In this document: positions 8,648-19,011 of the stretch, piece by piece | Numbering within the stretch: position 1 is the first letter of the stretch | How the letters are laid out: each line of letters begins with the position of its first letter | Source: an uncultured Methanosarcinales archaeon | GTDB taxonomy: Archaea > Nanobdellota > Nanobdellia > Woesearchaeales > JACPIF01 | Direction of reading: 5' to 3' | Length of the DNA stretch: 64,000 nucleotides | NCBI GenBank assembly: GCA_964602245.1 | Contig: CAZRPY010000006.1 | Span: 77 to 64,076 of the forward strand | Translations under genes and position numbers: made by a program | The notes under the pieces: generated by a model | Database searches by the model: none | What the model saw: only the letters and a program-made list of their open reading frames with translations | What the model was told of the DNA's origin: nothing

Positions 8648-9607
8648 ATGAGTAAGTTCGTATTTTCCAATGTACTTGGAGTATTTATCCTTGATGAGAA
8701 ATTTGAGATAGTTGATAAAAGGCTGTTTAAGGATTTGCATGAATATGAGATGAGGCAAATCTATATAGATGAGCTTAAAAGAAAGCATAAAAATTTGGAA
8801 GAGGTTGATAAAGCAGATAAAGCAGCTCTGCAAAAAGTTTTAGCTAACTTTAAGAAGCAAGACTTTTTTACTGACTTTTATGAAAGAAATTTAGAAATAA
8901 CAAAACAAGATATAAAAAATTCTGTGAAAGAAGACAGTTTGCTTGTGTCGGCTGTAAGTACAATAGAAGAGATTGATAAAATAATTAATCTTCTGGCAAA
9001 GAGGTTAAGAGAGTGGTATGAGCTTTATAATCCTGAAATATCAAAGCTTGTTGATGATCATGAGAAATTTATTAGTACTATAATTAAGAAATCTAAGAAA
9101 GAGATATTAGAGCAGCTCAGACTTTCCAGTAAGACTGCAATGGGAGCAGATCTAGAAAAAGAGGATATTAATGCTATAATGAATCTTGCAAACCATGTAA
9201 ATGAGCTATATAAGTATAAGGAATCTTTGGAAGCATATATTGAAAATATGATGGAAGAATTGTGTCCTAACTTGCTAGCAATTACTGGGGCAAGTATTGG
9301 CTCAAAATTAATCAGGCATACAGGATCATTGGAAAGGCTTGCAATCCTACCAGCGTCAACTATACAAATTTTAGGGGCGGAAAAGGCTTTGTTCAGGCAT
9401 TTAACTAAAAAGGCAAAGATGCCAAAATATGGCATAATTTTCCAGCACCCATTAATTCTAAAAGTACAAAAAGAGGAAAGGGGCAAGGCTGCAAGAGCTT
9501 TGGCTGATAAGATAGCAATAGCTGCGAAAGTTGACAGGTTTAAGGGAAAATTTATTGCAGAGCAATTGCTTCAAGAGTTGCATAAGAGGTTTGGTCAATG
9601 GAAATAG
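8648..9607 (+). CDS. nop5: C/D box snoRNP protein Nop5 (Nop56/58 homologue)
   Basis: ILGAEKALFRHL...PKYGIIFQHPLI...RGKAARALA is the Nop domain. Overlaps the downstream fibrillarin gene. Confidence 0.9.
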   Translation: MSKFVFSNVLGVFILDEKFEIVDKRLFKDLHEYEMRQIYIDELKRKHKNLEEVDKADKAALQKVLANFKKQDFFTDFYERNLEITKQDIKNSVKEDSLLVSAVSTIEEIDKIINLLAKRLREWYELYNPEISKLVDDHEKFISTIIKKSKKEILEQLRLSSKTAMGADLEKEDINAIMNLANHVNELYKYKESLEAYIENMMEELCPNLLAITGASIGSKLIRHTGSLERLAILPASTIQILGAEKALFRHLTKKAKMPKYGIIFQHPLILKVQKEERGKAARALADKIAIAAKVDRFKGKFIAEQLLQELHKRFGQWK

Positions 9608-10269
9608 TTAAATCAAAGTTTGAAGGCATATTTTTTATAGAAAATGGTATGAAGAAGTTGTTAACACGAAATATCACTCCAGGCTTAAAATTCTTTGATG
9701 AAGAGCTTTATGAAAATGGTGCTTACAGGCAGTTTGATCATAGAAGGAGTAAGTTAGCTGCTGCAATAATGAAAGGCTTATCACAATGGCCTTTTAGGAA
9801 AGATAGTGTAATGCTTTATCTTGGAGCTTCTCATGGCTATACATGCTCATTTTTGTCTGATATATTACATGAGGGATTAATTTTTGCAATTGATTTTGCT
9901 CCTAGAGTAGTTAGAGATTTAGTTTTCCTAGCTGAGCAAAGGAAGAATATTGGAGCTATACTTGCAGATGCAAATAATCCTTACAGTTACTTGCATAAAG
10001 TTTCTCAGGCAGATATAGTTTATCAGGATGTAGCACAAAGAAATCAGGCAGAGATATTTCTTAAAAATTGCAGAATTTTATTAAAACCAGAGGGTTTTGG
10101 ATTTATTGCAGTTAAAGCAAGGTCAGTAGATGTAACTAAAAAACCTAAAATTATTTTTAAGGAAACAAGAGAGATGCTTGAAAAAGAACTGGTAATTGTG
10201 GACTATAAAGAGCTTGAGCCTTTTGAAAAAGCTCATGCAATGTTTGTTTGTAAGAAGAAAAACCAATAA
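9598..10269 (+). CDS. flpA: Fibrillarin-like rRNA/tRNA 2'-O-methyltransferase
   Basis: RSKLAAAI...VLYLGASHGYTCSFLSDI...DVAQRNQAEI. Typical fibrillarin in the canonical nop5-flpA operon. Confidence 0.9.
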   Translation: MEIVKSKFEGIFFIENGMKKLLTRNITPGLKFFDEELYENGAYRQFDHRRSKLAAAIMKGLSQWPFRKDSVMLYLGASHGYTCSFLSDILHEGLIFAIDFAPRVVRDLVFLAEQRKNIGAILADANNPYSYLHKVSQADIVYQDVAQRNQAEIFLKNCRILLKPEGFGFIAVKARSVDVTKKPKIIFKETREMLEKELVIVDYKELEPFEKAHAMFVCKKKNQ

Positions 10270-10410
10270 TGTCAAAAACCACCATTTATAGAATGGTAGC
10301 ATGTTGCTGAACGCAAAAGTTATCAGTGGTTTTTGAGCATGCTCAAAAATTCCAGTGATTTAGGTAATTATATAAACCACTATTCATATAGAATAGTGGA
10401 ATTTTTGACA
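10270..10410. repeat. 141-bp imperfect nested palindrome (two inverted ~70-bp hairpin units)
   Basis: Termini tgtcaaaaa / tttttgaca. Centre gagcatgctc at 10335-10344. Each half closes on itself (tcaaaaaccac/gtggtttttga; tcaaaaattcca/tggaatttttga) and holds an inner hairpin. Confidence 0.7.
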
Positions 10411-10441
10411 TTTAAAAATATAAAGACTTAACTTGCTAAGA

Positions 10442-11794
10442 ATGGTAATTAAAGTATATAATACATTAACACGAAAAAAAGAATTATTTAAACCTATTAA
10501 AGGCAAGAATGTAAAGCTTTTTGTATGCGGACCGACTGTTTATGATTACAGCCATATAGGACATGCTAAAACTTATACACAGTTTGATGTAATAGTTCGG
10601 TACTTGAGATATAAAAAATATAAAATCTTCTACTTACAGAACGTAACAGATATAGATGACAAGATAATTAATAGAGCTAAAGAAGAAAGTAAAACTTGGA
10701 AAGAGATAGCATATTTCTACCTAAAAGCATATTATGAGGATATGAAAGCTTTGGGCATTAATTCTGTTAATAAATATGCAAGAGCAACTGATTATATTGC
10801 AAGAATTATTAGTCAAGTGCAAAGGTTGGTTAAGAAAGGTTATGCATATAAGATTTCAGATGGCTATTATTTTGACTTAAAGAAGTTTAAGAATTATGGG
10901 AAGTTAGCAGGAAGGACTTATTTAGATGCAGATGATGCAGTATCTAGGATTGATGAAAACTTGGAGAAGAGGAATAAAGGGGATTTCTGCTTATGGAAAT
11001 TTTATAAGCAAGGAGATCCATTCTGGGATTCACCATTAGGCAAAGGCAGGCCTGGATGGCATATTGAGGATACTGCAATAACTGAAAAAGAGTTTGGAGT
11101 ACAATATGATATGCATGGCGGAGCTAGAGACTTAATATTTCCCCATCATGAGGCAGAGATTGCACAGATGGAATCTATATCTAGAAAAAAGCTTGTTAAA
11201 TATTGGATACATACAGAGTTTCTTACTGTAAGTAAAGAGAAAATGTCAAAAAGTCTTGGCAATATTATTCCTATTAGAGAAGTGCTAAAGAAATATGATG
11301 CTAGAGTTTTAAGATACCTCTATATTTCAAGCCATTATAGAAGCCTGATAAATTTTGATGATGAATTATTAGAGCAAAGCAAGAATTCTTTGCAAAGATT
11401 GAATGATTTTATGTTTAGTGTGAAGAATGGAAAAGATAAATATAATTTAGGCTTAATCAGGAAAACAAGAGAAAGATTTATTAGAGCTATGGATGATGAT
11501 TTTGATACACCTAAAGCATTATCTGTTATATTTGACTTTGTTAGAGAGGTTAATAAGAAAGGAGGTGGCAAAAAAGCTTATAACTTAGTGCTTGAATTTA
11601 ATGAAATATTTGGTATATTAAATTTTGAGGAAGCTAAAATTAGCAAGGAGATTGAAGCATTAATTAGAAAGAGAGAAGAAGCAAGGAAGAGAAAGGATTT
11701 TAAACTTGCAGATTCTATTAGAACAGGACTAAGGAGTAAAGGCATAATAGTTGAGGATACTGATAAAGGGTCTGTATGGAAGTTAGTTAAATAA
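10442..11794 (+). CDS. cysS: Cysteine--tRNA ligase
   Basis: HIGHA and KMSKS motifs. MVIKVYNTLTRKKE N-terminus. The ATG at 10442 is preferred over the TTG at 10433. Confidence 0.93.
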   Translation: MVIKVYNTLTRKKELFKPIKGKNVKLFVCGPTVYDYSHIGHAKTYTQFDVIVRYLRYKKYKIFYLQNVTDIDDKIINRAKEESKTWKEIAYFYLKAYYEDMKALGINSVNKYARATDYIARIISQVQRLVKKGYAYKISDGYYFDLKKFKNYGKLAGRTYLDADDAVSRIDENLEKRNKGDFCLWKFYKQGDPFWDSPLGKGRPGWHIEDTAITEKEFGVQYDMHGGARDLIFPHHEAEIAQMESISRKKLVKYWIHTEFLTVSKEKMSKSLGNIIPIREVLKKYDARVLRYLYISSHYRSLINFDDELLEQSKNSLQRLNDFMFSVKNGKDKYNLGLIRKTRERFIRAMDDDFDTPKALSVIFDFVREVNKKGGGKKAYNLVLEFNEIFGILNFEEAKISKEIEALIRKREEARKRKDFKLADSIRTGLRSKGIIVEDTDKGSVWKLVK

Positions 11795-11825
11795 AGAGAT
11801 AGTAAATTATATTTTTTTATTTTGT

Positions 11826-14800
11826 TTATTTTGGCTTCATTTTATTACTCTTTACTTTCATAGCTATGAAAATAGCAATTAGCATGGACATAGCAGATGC
11901 TATAATAATCAGCCATATGGTATTGTTTGGCTTTTCCTGCTCTGGCAGTGGTATTTCAACATTTACTGGAACAGTTTTTTCTATTGTATTGCCATCTTGG
12001 TCAAGGGCTGTTAATAATAGATCTCCTGTAAAACTTTTAACTACTGTACTTTTTTCCTTTATTATGAAACCAGTTAAAACTTGTTTTTTGCCCTCAGAAA
12101 TATTCCTAGCTTTAAGCAAAAAGTCCATTGAAATGCCTTTGCTTAAGACAGTATCAGTATAGCTGATATTAAGATAAGAAGCTAAATCTTTTGATAGCTT
12201 TAAATTAACATTTTTTACATCACAATTTCCAGAGTTTTCTATGAAACCTTTTATTAAATCATTCTCAACAAATGATATATAGCCAGGTAGAGCAACATTA
12301 AGCTCATAGCTGCATTTTTCTTCTCTTTTTTCAGGTAGTTTTTCTTCCTGTTTTGGAGTTTTGTCTTCTGTTGGAACTGAAGGAGGTATTACTTCTTGTA
12401 CATCTTGAACTTGTGGTTGAATTTCTTGCTTATCCTCTTCATCACTGCTCCTGCCTCCACCACTGGTTGAAGGGATAGGAGCTTGGCTATGGCTACCAAA
12501 TATTGCATAAGTGCTGGCATGATTGACAGTAACTGTTATAGAATTTTCAGTTGCATTTACTATTGAATTTAGCTCCTGCCATGTAGAGCTTGTTTCATTA
12601 AAATAATAAATTTTTAATGTATTCTCATCTAGTCCTGCTGCTCTCACTTCTTCATCAGTATAATATATTTTTATTGTTAGTGAGCTAATATTCTGCTTAG
12701 TTGCATTGTCTATTACTATGTCCAAGTATTTGCCGAGAGAAGGCATATTTGGAGATGCATTCTTTATGTTACTTGAAAATTCAGTTACAACTATAGAGAC
12801 ATTTGAGATATCTTTTAATGTAGATATTTGTAGTATGGCATTTGCATTTGATATATTGAGATTTATTTTTTCATCTTTTAGCAATTGGATAGAATTATTT
12901 AGGAAAGCACTTTTTGCGTATTGTGATAAAGCAAGAACTGCCTTATTTACATATCTTATTTTATTTCCATAGCTATCTATTAATTCTGGGCTTAAGAGAT
13001 AGGTCCCAGTTGCTAAAGCTCCTGCGTTAATAGAGCCTGTATATATTATTCCATCAGATGAAGAAAGGCTTACAGTACTAATTTCCTTATTTTCTGTACT
13101 AATAAAAATGTTTACAATTGAAATATTATTATCATCTGAGGCGTTTAATGTTATGTTAATAATATCTCCAATGTTTGCTATATTCTTACTTAGTCTCAAC
13201 CCAAATATTCTAGGAGGTATTGAGTCGTAAACACATGATATAGAGCTTCCATTGTCACTTGGTAGGCTATTAGCTGTATTACAATCATTTATGTCAATAT
13301 AATATTTGATTTTTATATTATTTGGAAGGCATGACGTATAATTAATGCTCCACTTTTCGTTGCATGTTTGAGTTTTATAATAAATGCCAAAATCATAAAG
13401 AACAGGAGTATTAGTTCTTTCTGATGCCAGAATTGCCTTTAATCTTATTTTCCCACTAGAAATATTTAATGCGCTTAGATTATTATTTGTTATTAAGTTC
13501 CAGGAGCTGCCTGAATCTACAGAGTAATAGTAAGTAATATTTTGTGAATTTAATAAATCAGATTTTACAAATGAGTCAAAATTTAGCAGTTTGTTAATGT
13601 CAAAATCCTTTGTTTCAATAGCTGCTGATGAAGGATAACTAGTAGTACTGGAGCTAATTGATATTTCATTTAAGACTGGAGTTTTTGTTCCATCACCCTC
13701 AAAAATAGCCAGATATTGGAGCCATTGGTTGCTGTTATGAATATTGTTTAATTTTGTTCCAGAGCTTGTGTAGTAATCCTGTTCTGATGTTGGACCTTGC
13801 CATGATTTGCTGGATAAGTCATTTTGATTACTTGCAGTTCTTATCTTAAATTTAAGTGAAGTTGCTGAAGGAATATCTGCACTAAAGCTTATATTTTCCC
13901 AGTTTGAATGTGGGGTATTATATGCTATTGAAGTGAAATTTCCTGATATTTGATATTTAGTTTCTTCTGGTTCTAAAGATACAGATGGCTCTGGCTCAAT
14001 ATATTTTCTAACAAGAATATCGTCAATATAGCCAATTGCCTGGCTAACTTCAAAAACAATATCTCCAGAATCTTCAATGTCATCATCATTATCTGAGAGC
14101 ATTAGGGCATTGTTATACCAAAGCTTCAGATTTTCATTCCAAACTACAAAAGCTATAGTGAATAACGTTCCATCATGTGGATGATATGTGCTTGTAGTGT
14201 TCTTTATAATGTATTTTGTTCTCTTTTCTTTTGCAATTGCAGGACTCGGGTATTCATTGCCAGAAATATGAACTGTGTAATACTCATCATTTTCAGTCCA
14301 TCTTAAGCCAATGCCAACTGTTGAATTTTCATGATAGCTGCCTGTTACAGAGTAAGTTACTTTTGCATAAACATCCTTTATATTTAGTCCTAGCCTTAAT
14401 CCAGAGTCATGATCATCAGTTGTGTTAAATAAAATTCTGTTATTATCATAGCTAAGGTTCATGAAATTATTGCAGCTGCCATGGTAGCAGAGCCAGTTGC
14501 CCTGTTGATAACTGCTTAAAGTATTTGCAGAGAAATCATCCCACTTTAAGTAGATATTGTTCCTATTAGAAGGGGCATTAGTTGCAGCTGAGTTGCCATA
14601 ATATAAGTAATAATTATTATCTGCTGAATTAGCATTAATTGTTTTTGCTTTGAACCATATTTCTGTAGCAATTGAATTACAACTATTTTCATTAATTCTA
14701 TCTAATTCAATGTTTGCATTTGTGTTGCTATCAAAGTAGACAACTCTTAAATCTTCACAATCAGCTTTTAACTTGTTATTTGCTATGAGATACTGAGTAT

Positions 14801-15269
14801 CTAAAATAAATTTAACAGAGTAGTTGCTAACTACAGAAGATGCATTATTTGTAACAATAAGCCTTTTCCTGAATTTATAATTAGAATCCCACCAGTTTGA
14901 TTTACTAGCTAACTTTAAGTTTCCTCCTGAGTAATTTACATTGTTAAATGTGCCATTTTTAAAGTCATCATCATTTGTTTGTATCCAGGTAGAGATATTC
15001 TTAATTGGTATAAGCTTTGCCTCACCAGTACTGAGATTTACTAGGCCATTGTCATAAATATAATCTGTTGGAGTGTCAAAACTCCAGTTCTTAAAATCCT
15101 GGACAGTTTCATAGACTGCTAAGCCAATATAACTAGGCTTTAATAGAAAAGAAATACCTATTAGGATAGCTATAAATAATATGAAAAATGCATAACCTAT
15201 GACAAGCTTATTAGAATGACGATTCTCTACACTTTGTTTGGACTTACTGCTAACTTTCTTCTTAGCCAT
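11826..15269 (-). CDS. Giant (1147 aa) surface protein with N- and C-terminal TM anchors, a DUF2341-like and a LamG/ConA-like region, and a Ser/Thr/Asn-rich beta-repeat body
   Basis: WWDSNYKFRKRLIVTNN...DLRVVYFD resembles DUF2341. N-terminal TM helix LVIGYAFFILFIAILIGISFLL. PEQ-rich linker, then C-terminal TM helix TIWLIIIASAMSMLIAIFIAMKV. Confidence 0.7.
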   Translation of the reverse strand: MAKKKVSSKSKQSVENRHSNKLVIGYAFFILFIAILIGISFLLKPSYIGLAVYETVQDFKNWSFDTPTDYIYDNGLVNLSTGEAKLIPIKNISTWIQTNDDDFKNGTFNNVNYSGGNLKLASKSNWWDSNYKFRKRLIVTNNASSVVSNYSVKFILDTQYLIANNKLKADCEDLRVVYFDSNTNANIELDRINENSCNSIATEIWFKAKTINANSADNNYYLYYGNSAATNAPSNRNNIYLKWDDFSANTLSSYQQGNWLCYHGSCNNFMNLSYDNNRILFNTTDDHDSGLRLGLNIKDVYAKVTYSVTGSYHENSTVGIGLRWTENDEYYTVHISGNEYPSPAIAKEKRTKYIIKNTTSTYHPHDGTLFTIAFVVWNENLKLWYNNALMLSDNDDDIEDSGDIVFEVSQAIGYIDDILVRKYIEPEPSVSLEPEETKYQISGNFTSIAYNTPHSNWENISFSADIPSATSLKFKIRTASNQNDLSSKSWQGPTSEQDYYTSSGTKLNNIHNSNQWLQYLAIFEGDGTKTPVLNEISISSSTTSYPSSAAIETKDFDINKLLNFDSFVKSDLLNSQNITYYYSVDSGSSWNLITNNNLSALNISSGKIRLKAILASERTNTPVLYDFGIYYKTQTCNEKWSINYTSCLPNNIKIKYYIDINDCNTANSLPSDNGSSISCVYDSIPPRIFGLRLSKNIANIGDIINITLNASDDNNISIVNIFISTENKEISTVSLSSSDGIIYTGSINAGALATGTYLLSPELIDSYGNKIRYVNKAVLALSQYAKSAFLNNSIQLLKDEKINLNISNANAILQISTLKDISNVSIVVTEFSSNIKNASPNMPSLGKYLDIVIDNATKQNISSLTIKIYYTDEEVRAAGLDENTLKIYYFNETSSTWQELNSIVNATENSITVTVNHASTYAIFGSHSQAPIPSTSGGGRSSDEEDKQEIQPQVQDVQEVIPPSVPTEDKTPKQEEKLPEKREEKCSYELNVALPGYISFVENDLIKGFIENSGNCDVKNVNLKLSKDLASYLNISYTDTVLSKGISMDFLLKARNISEGKKQVLTGFIIKEKSTVVKSFTGDLLLTALDQDGNTIEKTVPVNVEIPLPEQEKPNNTIWLIIIASAMSMLIAIFIAMKVKSNKMKPK

Positions 15270-15333
15270 TTGTAGTTTATGTCCCTATTCTTATATAATC
15301 CCTTTAGAAATAGCTTTAAAAACCTTGCTTTCC

Positions 15334-17775
15334 CTACACTTCAATTGAAAGTTTTATTGGATATTTTGATGAAGAGATATTTGCTTTGTCCGAGTTTGTC
15401 AGCTCAATCTTCTCAGCTTTTGTAACAGATTTAATGTCACTTTCCAGGTCTTTAATATTTTCTTTATACTTTTCTGCAGAGATTATAATATTTTTTAACG
15501 GAGCAGTCATGGAAAGCTTTTTCTCAGTCTTGTATTTTCTGACAAGAGAGATAATTTCTATTGCAATATCACCTGTTTGCTCAGCCTTATCATTAATTAA
15601 TTTATTACTAGTTCTTGGCCATGATGCAATATGTATGCTTTTCCTGTTTTCTATTTCTGAGAAGTATAACTGATAAATCTCATCTGAGATATAAGGCATT
15701 ATGGGAGCAATTAATTTTAGGATAGATAGAAGGGCATTATATAATGTGTATCTGGTAGAATCATAAGCTTCCTTAGGATATTTATCTTTGTTGTATAACC
15801 TATCTTTGACTATCTCAAGATAATTATCACAGAAAATGTGCCAGAAGAACTTTTCTGTATCTGTTTTTACCTTATAATATTCATATCTGTCAAAGGCTTT
15901 AGTGCAATTTTTAATTAACTTATTTAATTTTGACAAGAGCCATTTATCAATCTCTTGGAGCTTTACCCTTTTATTTGGCTTATAATCCTTTAAGTGCATT
16001 AATGCAAACTTGCTTGCATTCCAGAGCTTAGTTGAAAATTTTTGGCCTGTCACTAAATCTTTCTCTTGGTATGGCAGATCATCTCCTAGCTTGCTGCCAG
16101 CTGACCAGAACCTTAAAGCATCTGCACCAAATTTCTCTAGAACATCCTGAGGATCAATTACATTCCCAAGGCTTTTTGACATTTTCTTACCATGAGGATC
16201 AAGGGCATGTCCAGAAATAATTGCCTCATGCCATGGATTAGTTTTATGATGCAACTGGCTCTTTACAACAGTGTTGAATAACCAGAATGTGATAATATCA
16301 TGAGCCTGAGGTCTTATACTCATAGGAAATAATTTACTGTAAATTTGCTTATCTTTAAAAAGTTCAACTGCAATCTGTGGAGTTAAGGAAGAGGTTGCCC
16401 AAGTATCTAGAACATCTTTTTCAGGAATAAAATCATTACTGCCACATTTGCAGTTTTTATTTGGCTTATCTTTTAAAGGGTCAACTGGCAGATATTCTAT
16501 GTTTGCAAGTATAACTTCATTACATTTCTTGCAATACCATAATGGAAAGGGAACACCGAAATAACGCTGCCTTGAGATGCACCAGTCCCATTTCAAGCCT
16601 TTAATCCAGTTATTATACCTAGCTCTCATATGCCTAGGATGCCATTTCAGTTTTCTGCCTGCTTTAAGGAAATCTTTTTTCAAGTCAAGATAGCGGATAT
16701 ACCATTGCTCTGTTCTTATGTACTCTATTGGAGTGCCACACCTTTCATGAGTATTAACTATGTGTTTTATCTTTTCACTCTTAACTAAATTGCCAGATTT
16801 TTCCAGTTCTTTTATGATTACTTGCCTTGCCTGCTCTGACTTTAGGCCTTTTAGAATTCCTGCCTCTTCTTTTAAAGTTCCATCTGGAGCCATTATATCA
16901 ATTGGCTTTATTTCAGGATGCCTTAGCATCCAGTCAATGCATTCAACACCGCCATAAGTGCAGTAGTAAACAACACCAGTGCCATATTGCATATCAGTAT
17001 AGGTATCTGGAATGATTAGAACTTTTCTGTTATAGATGGGAAGAATTACTAGTTTGCCATGATATTTCTTGTATCTCTTGTCGTTTGGATGTACTGAGAC
17101 TCCAACACAGGCAGGCATTAGCTCAGGTCTTGTAGTTGCAATTGTAATGCTGTCATCTCCTTCAATATCTAGTTTTATGTAACTTAAAGTGCTTTCAAAC
17201 TCCTTGTCTTTGGTTTCAACTTGTGCTATTGCAGTCTGGCAGCTTGGACACCATATTATTGGTGCTAATGTTCTATAAACTCTGCCAATATTATAGAGCT
17301 CAATGAAGGATCTCTGAGAGATTCTTCTGCAATGCTCGTCAATTGTTGAATAATAAATAGAGAAGTCACAGCTCATAGCTATCTTTTTCCAGTCTTCAAT
17401 GAAATCTGGAGTGATTTCTTTTAAAGTCTCTAGGCAAAGCTTTATGAAATCCTCTCTAGGCATGTTTTTACTTCTAACACCTTTCATATTTTCAATTAAC
17501 CTTTCAGTTGCCAAGCCATTGTCATCTGTGCCAAAAGGGTAGAAGATGTTGTAGCCTCTCATTCTCTTATAGCGAACAATAATGTCCTGCTGGCTATAGC
17601 TGAAAGCATGACCTAGATGCATTCTGCCTGAGACAGTTGGAGGAGGAGTATCTATGCTATAGATAGGCTTATCAGAGTCTGGGTCAGAGTCAAATCTGTA
17701 AATGTCTTCTTTTTCCCAATATTGCCGTAGCCTTTGCTCAGCTTCTTTGAAGTTGTAGGTTTTTGTGAGCTCCAT
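15334..17775 (-). CDS. valS: Valine--tRNA ligase
   Basis: PPTVSGRMHLGHAFSY (HIGH-type) and KMSKSLGN motifs. 813 aa class Ia synthetase with a ValRS-like N-terminus. Confidence 0.9.
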   Translation of the reverse strand: MELTKTYNFKEAEQRLRQYWEKEDIYRFDSDPDSDKPIYSIDTPPPTVSGRMHLGHAFSYSQQDIIVRYKRMRGYNIFYPFGTDDNGLATERLIENMKGVRSKNMPREDFIKLCLETLKEITPDFIEDWKKIAMSCDFSIYYSTIDEHCRRISQRSFIELYNIGRVYRTLAPIIWCPSCQTAIAQVETKDKEFESTLSYIKLDIEGDDSITIATTRPELMPACVGVSVHPNDKRYKKYHGKLVILPIYNRKVLIIPDTYTDMQYGTGVVYYCTYGGVECIDWMLRHPEIKPIDIMAPDGTLKEEAGILKGLKSEQARQVIIKELEKSGNLVKSEKIKHIVNTHERCGTPIEYIRTEQWYIRYLDLKKDFLKAGRKLKWHPRHMRARYNNWIKGLKWDWCISRQRYFGVPFPLWYCKKCNEVILANIEYLPVDPLKDKPNKNCKCGSNDFIPEKDVLDTWATSSLTPQIAVELFKDKQIYSKLFPMSIRPQAHDIITFWLFNTVVKSQLHHKTNPWHEAIISGHALDPHGKKMSKSLGNVIDPQDVLEKFGADALRFWSAGSKLGDDLPYQEKDLVTGQKFSTKLWNASKFALMHLKDYKPNKRVKLQEIDKWLLSKLNKLIKNCTKAFDRYEYYKVKTDTEKFFWHIFCDNYLEIVKDRLYNKDKYPKEAYDSTRYTLYNALLSILKLIAPIMPYISDEIYQLYFSEIENRKSIHIASWPRTSNKLINDKAEQTGDIAIEIISLVRKYKTEKKLSMTAPLKNIIISAEKYKENIKDLESDIKSVTKAEKIELTNSDKANISSSKYPIKLSIEV

Positions 17776-17868
17776 GGTAGCAATAAAATTAGAAGGCGAT
17801 ATTTAAATATTGTTATAATAACTCTACAAACCACAAACAATTTATATTCTACTATTTTTTATCACTCT

Positions 17869-19011
17869 ATGAAAAAAGTTCTCATCCTTGGAGCAGGCTT
17901 TGGCGGATTAACTGCTGGTAGTATTCTTGCTGGGCATAAACAGATTGAAGTCACACTTGTTGATAAAAAAACAAAGTACTACATGGGCTTAACCAAGCTC
18001 TGGGTAATGATAGGTAAGAATTCCCCTGAGCATTATATGCATCAATACAGTGCACTACCAAGCAGAAAAGAAATCAAATTTGTGCAGGATGAAATTATTG
18101 ATATTGATGTAAATAATAAGACAGTGCAAACAAGGAAACAAACATTAGCTTACGATTATCTGATTATAGCATTAGGCGCAGACGTTGCTCCTGAACTTAT
18201 CCCAGACGTTAAAGAGCATGCAATTAATCTCTACAACATGCATGGAGCAGTAGCCTTGCATGAAAAGCTTAAAACTTTTACTAAAGGAAGAATTGCTCTA
18301 TTGATTTGCAGACCTCCTTACAAATGCCCTGCGGCTCCGTATGAAACTTTGTTCTTGCTCCATGATTTCTTCAGCAAGAAGGGAATTCGTAACAACATAA
18401 AACTTGAGGTCTATACACCAGAGCCACAGCCATTACCCCTAGCAGGCCCAGTCATAGGAAGCCATATCACAAAAATGCTTGAGCAAAAAGATATTGGCTA
18501 CAATTATGGACATAAAGTTACACAGGTTGATAGCATGTCAATTACCTTTGAAAATGGTAAACAAATTAGTGCAGACCTTATCATTGCAATACCACCGCAT
18601 ATAGCCCCACAAGTTGTTAAAAAAGCTGGATTAATAGATGAATCTAGCTGGATTCCCGTGGATAAAAAAACACTTGCTACTAAGTTCAATAATGTCTATG
18701 CAATTGGTGATACTACTATCATTAAACTTGCAAATGGTCTGGCATTACCCAAAGCTGGCATATTTGCTGAAGAGCAGGCAAAAGTTGTTGCACAAAATAT
18801 TATTAATGAAGTCATGGGCAAGCATGAAATAATAGAATTTCAAGGTAAAGGATACTGTTTCTTGGAAACAGGTGATAATGAAGCAACTGCAATTGAAGGA
18901 AATTTCTATGGTGAGCCAAATCCACAACTGCAGCTCAAAGAAACATTAGCCAAGTATTATAAAGAAAAAGAGTTATTTGAGCAGCAAAGAATTAAGGAAT
19001 GGTTTAGCTAG
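17869..19011 (+). CDS. FAD-dependent pyridine-nucleotide-disulfide oxidoreductase (sulfide:quinone oxidoreductase / NDH-2-like)
   Basis: MKKVLILGAGFGGLTAG dinucleotide fold, YKCPAAPYE, AIGDTT. The upstream ORF extension (17734-17868) overlaps valS and is rejected. Confidence 0.75.
   Translation: MKKVLILGAGFGGLTAGSILAGHKQIEVTLVDKKTKYYMGLTKLWVMIGKNSPEHYMHQYSALPSRKEIKFVQDEIIDIDVNNKTVQTRKQTLAYDYLIIALGADVAPELIPDVKEHAINLYNMHGAVALHEKLKTFTKGRIALLICRPPYKCPAAPYETLFLLHDFFSKKGIRNNIKLEVYTPEPQPLPLAGPVIGSHITKMLEQKDIGYNYGHKVTQVDSMSITFENGKQISADLIIAIPPHIAPQVVKKAGLIDESSWIPVDKKTLATKFNNVYAIGDTTIIKLANGLALPKAGIFAEEQAKVVAQNIINEVMGKHEIIEFQGKGYCFLETGDNEATAIEGNFYGEPNPQLQLKETLAKYYKEKELFEQQRIKEWFS

Noticed and set aside
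10270-10410. Idea that the palindrome after fibrillarin is a C/D box sRNA
   Set aside because: No RUGAUGA C box paired with a terminal CUGA D box on either strand, and the element is about twice the size of archaeal C/D sRNAs.
17734-17868. N-terminal 45-codon extension of the oxidoreductase ORF
   Set aside because: It overlaps the valS start region, and the Rossmann motif begins right after the internal Met at 17869. The extension is promoter DNA read in frame.
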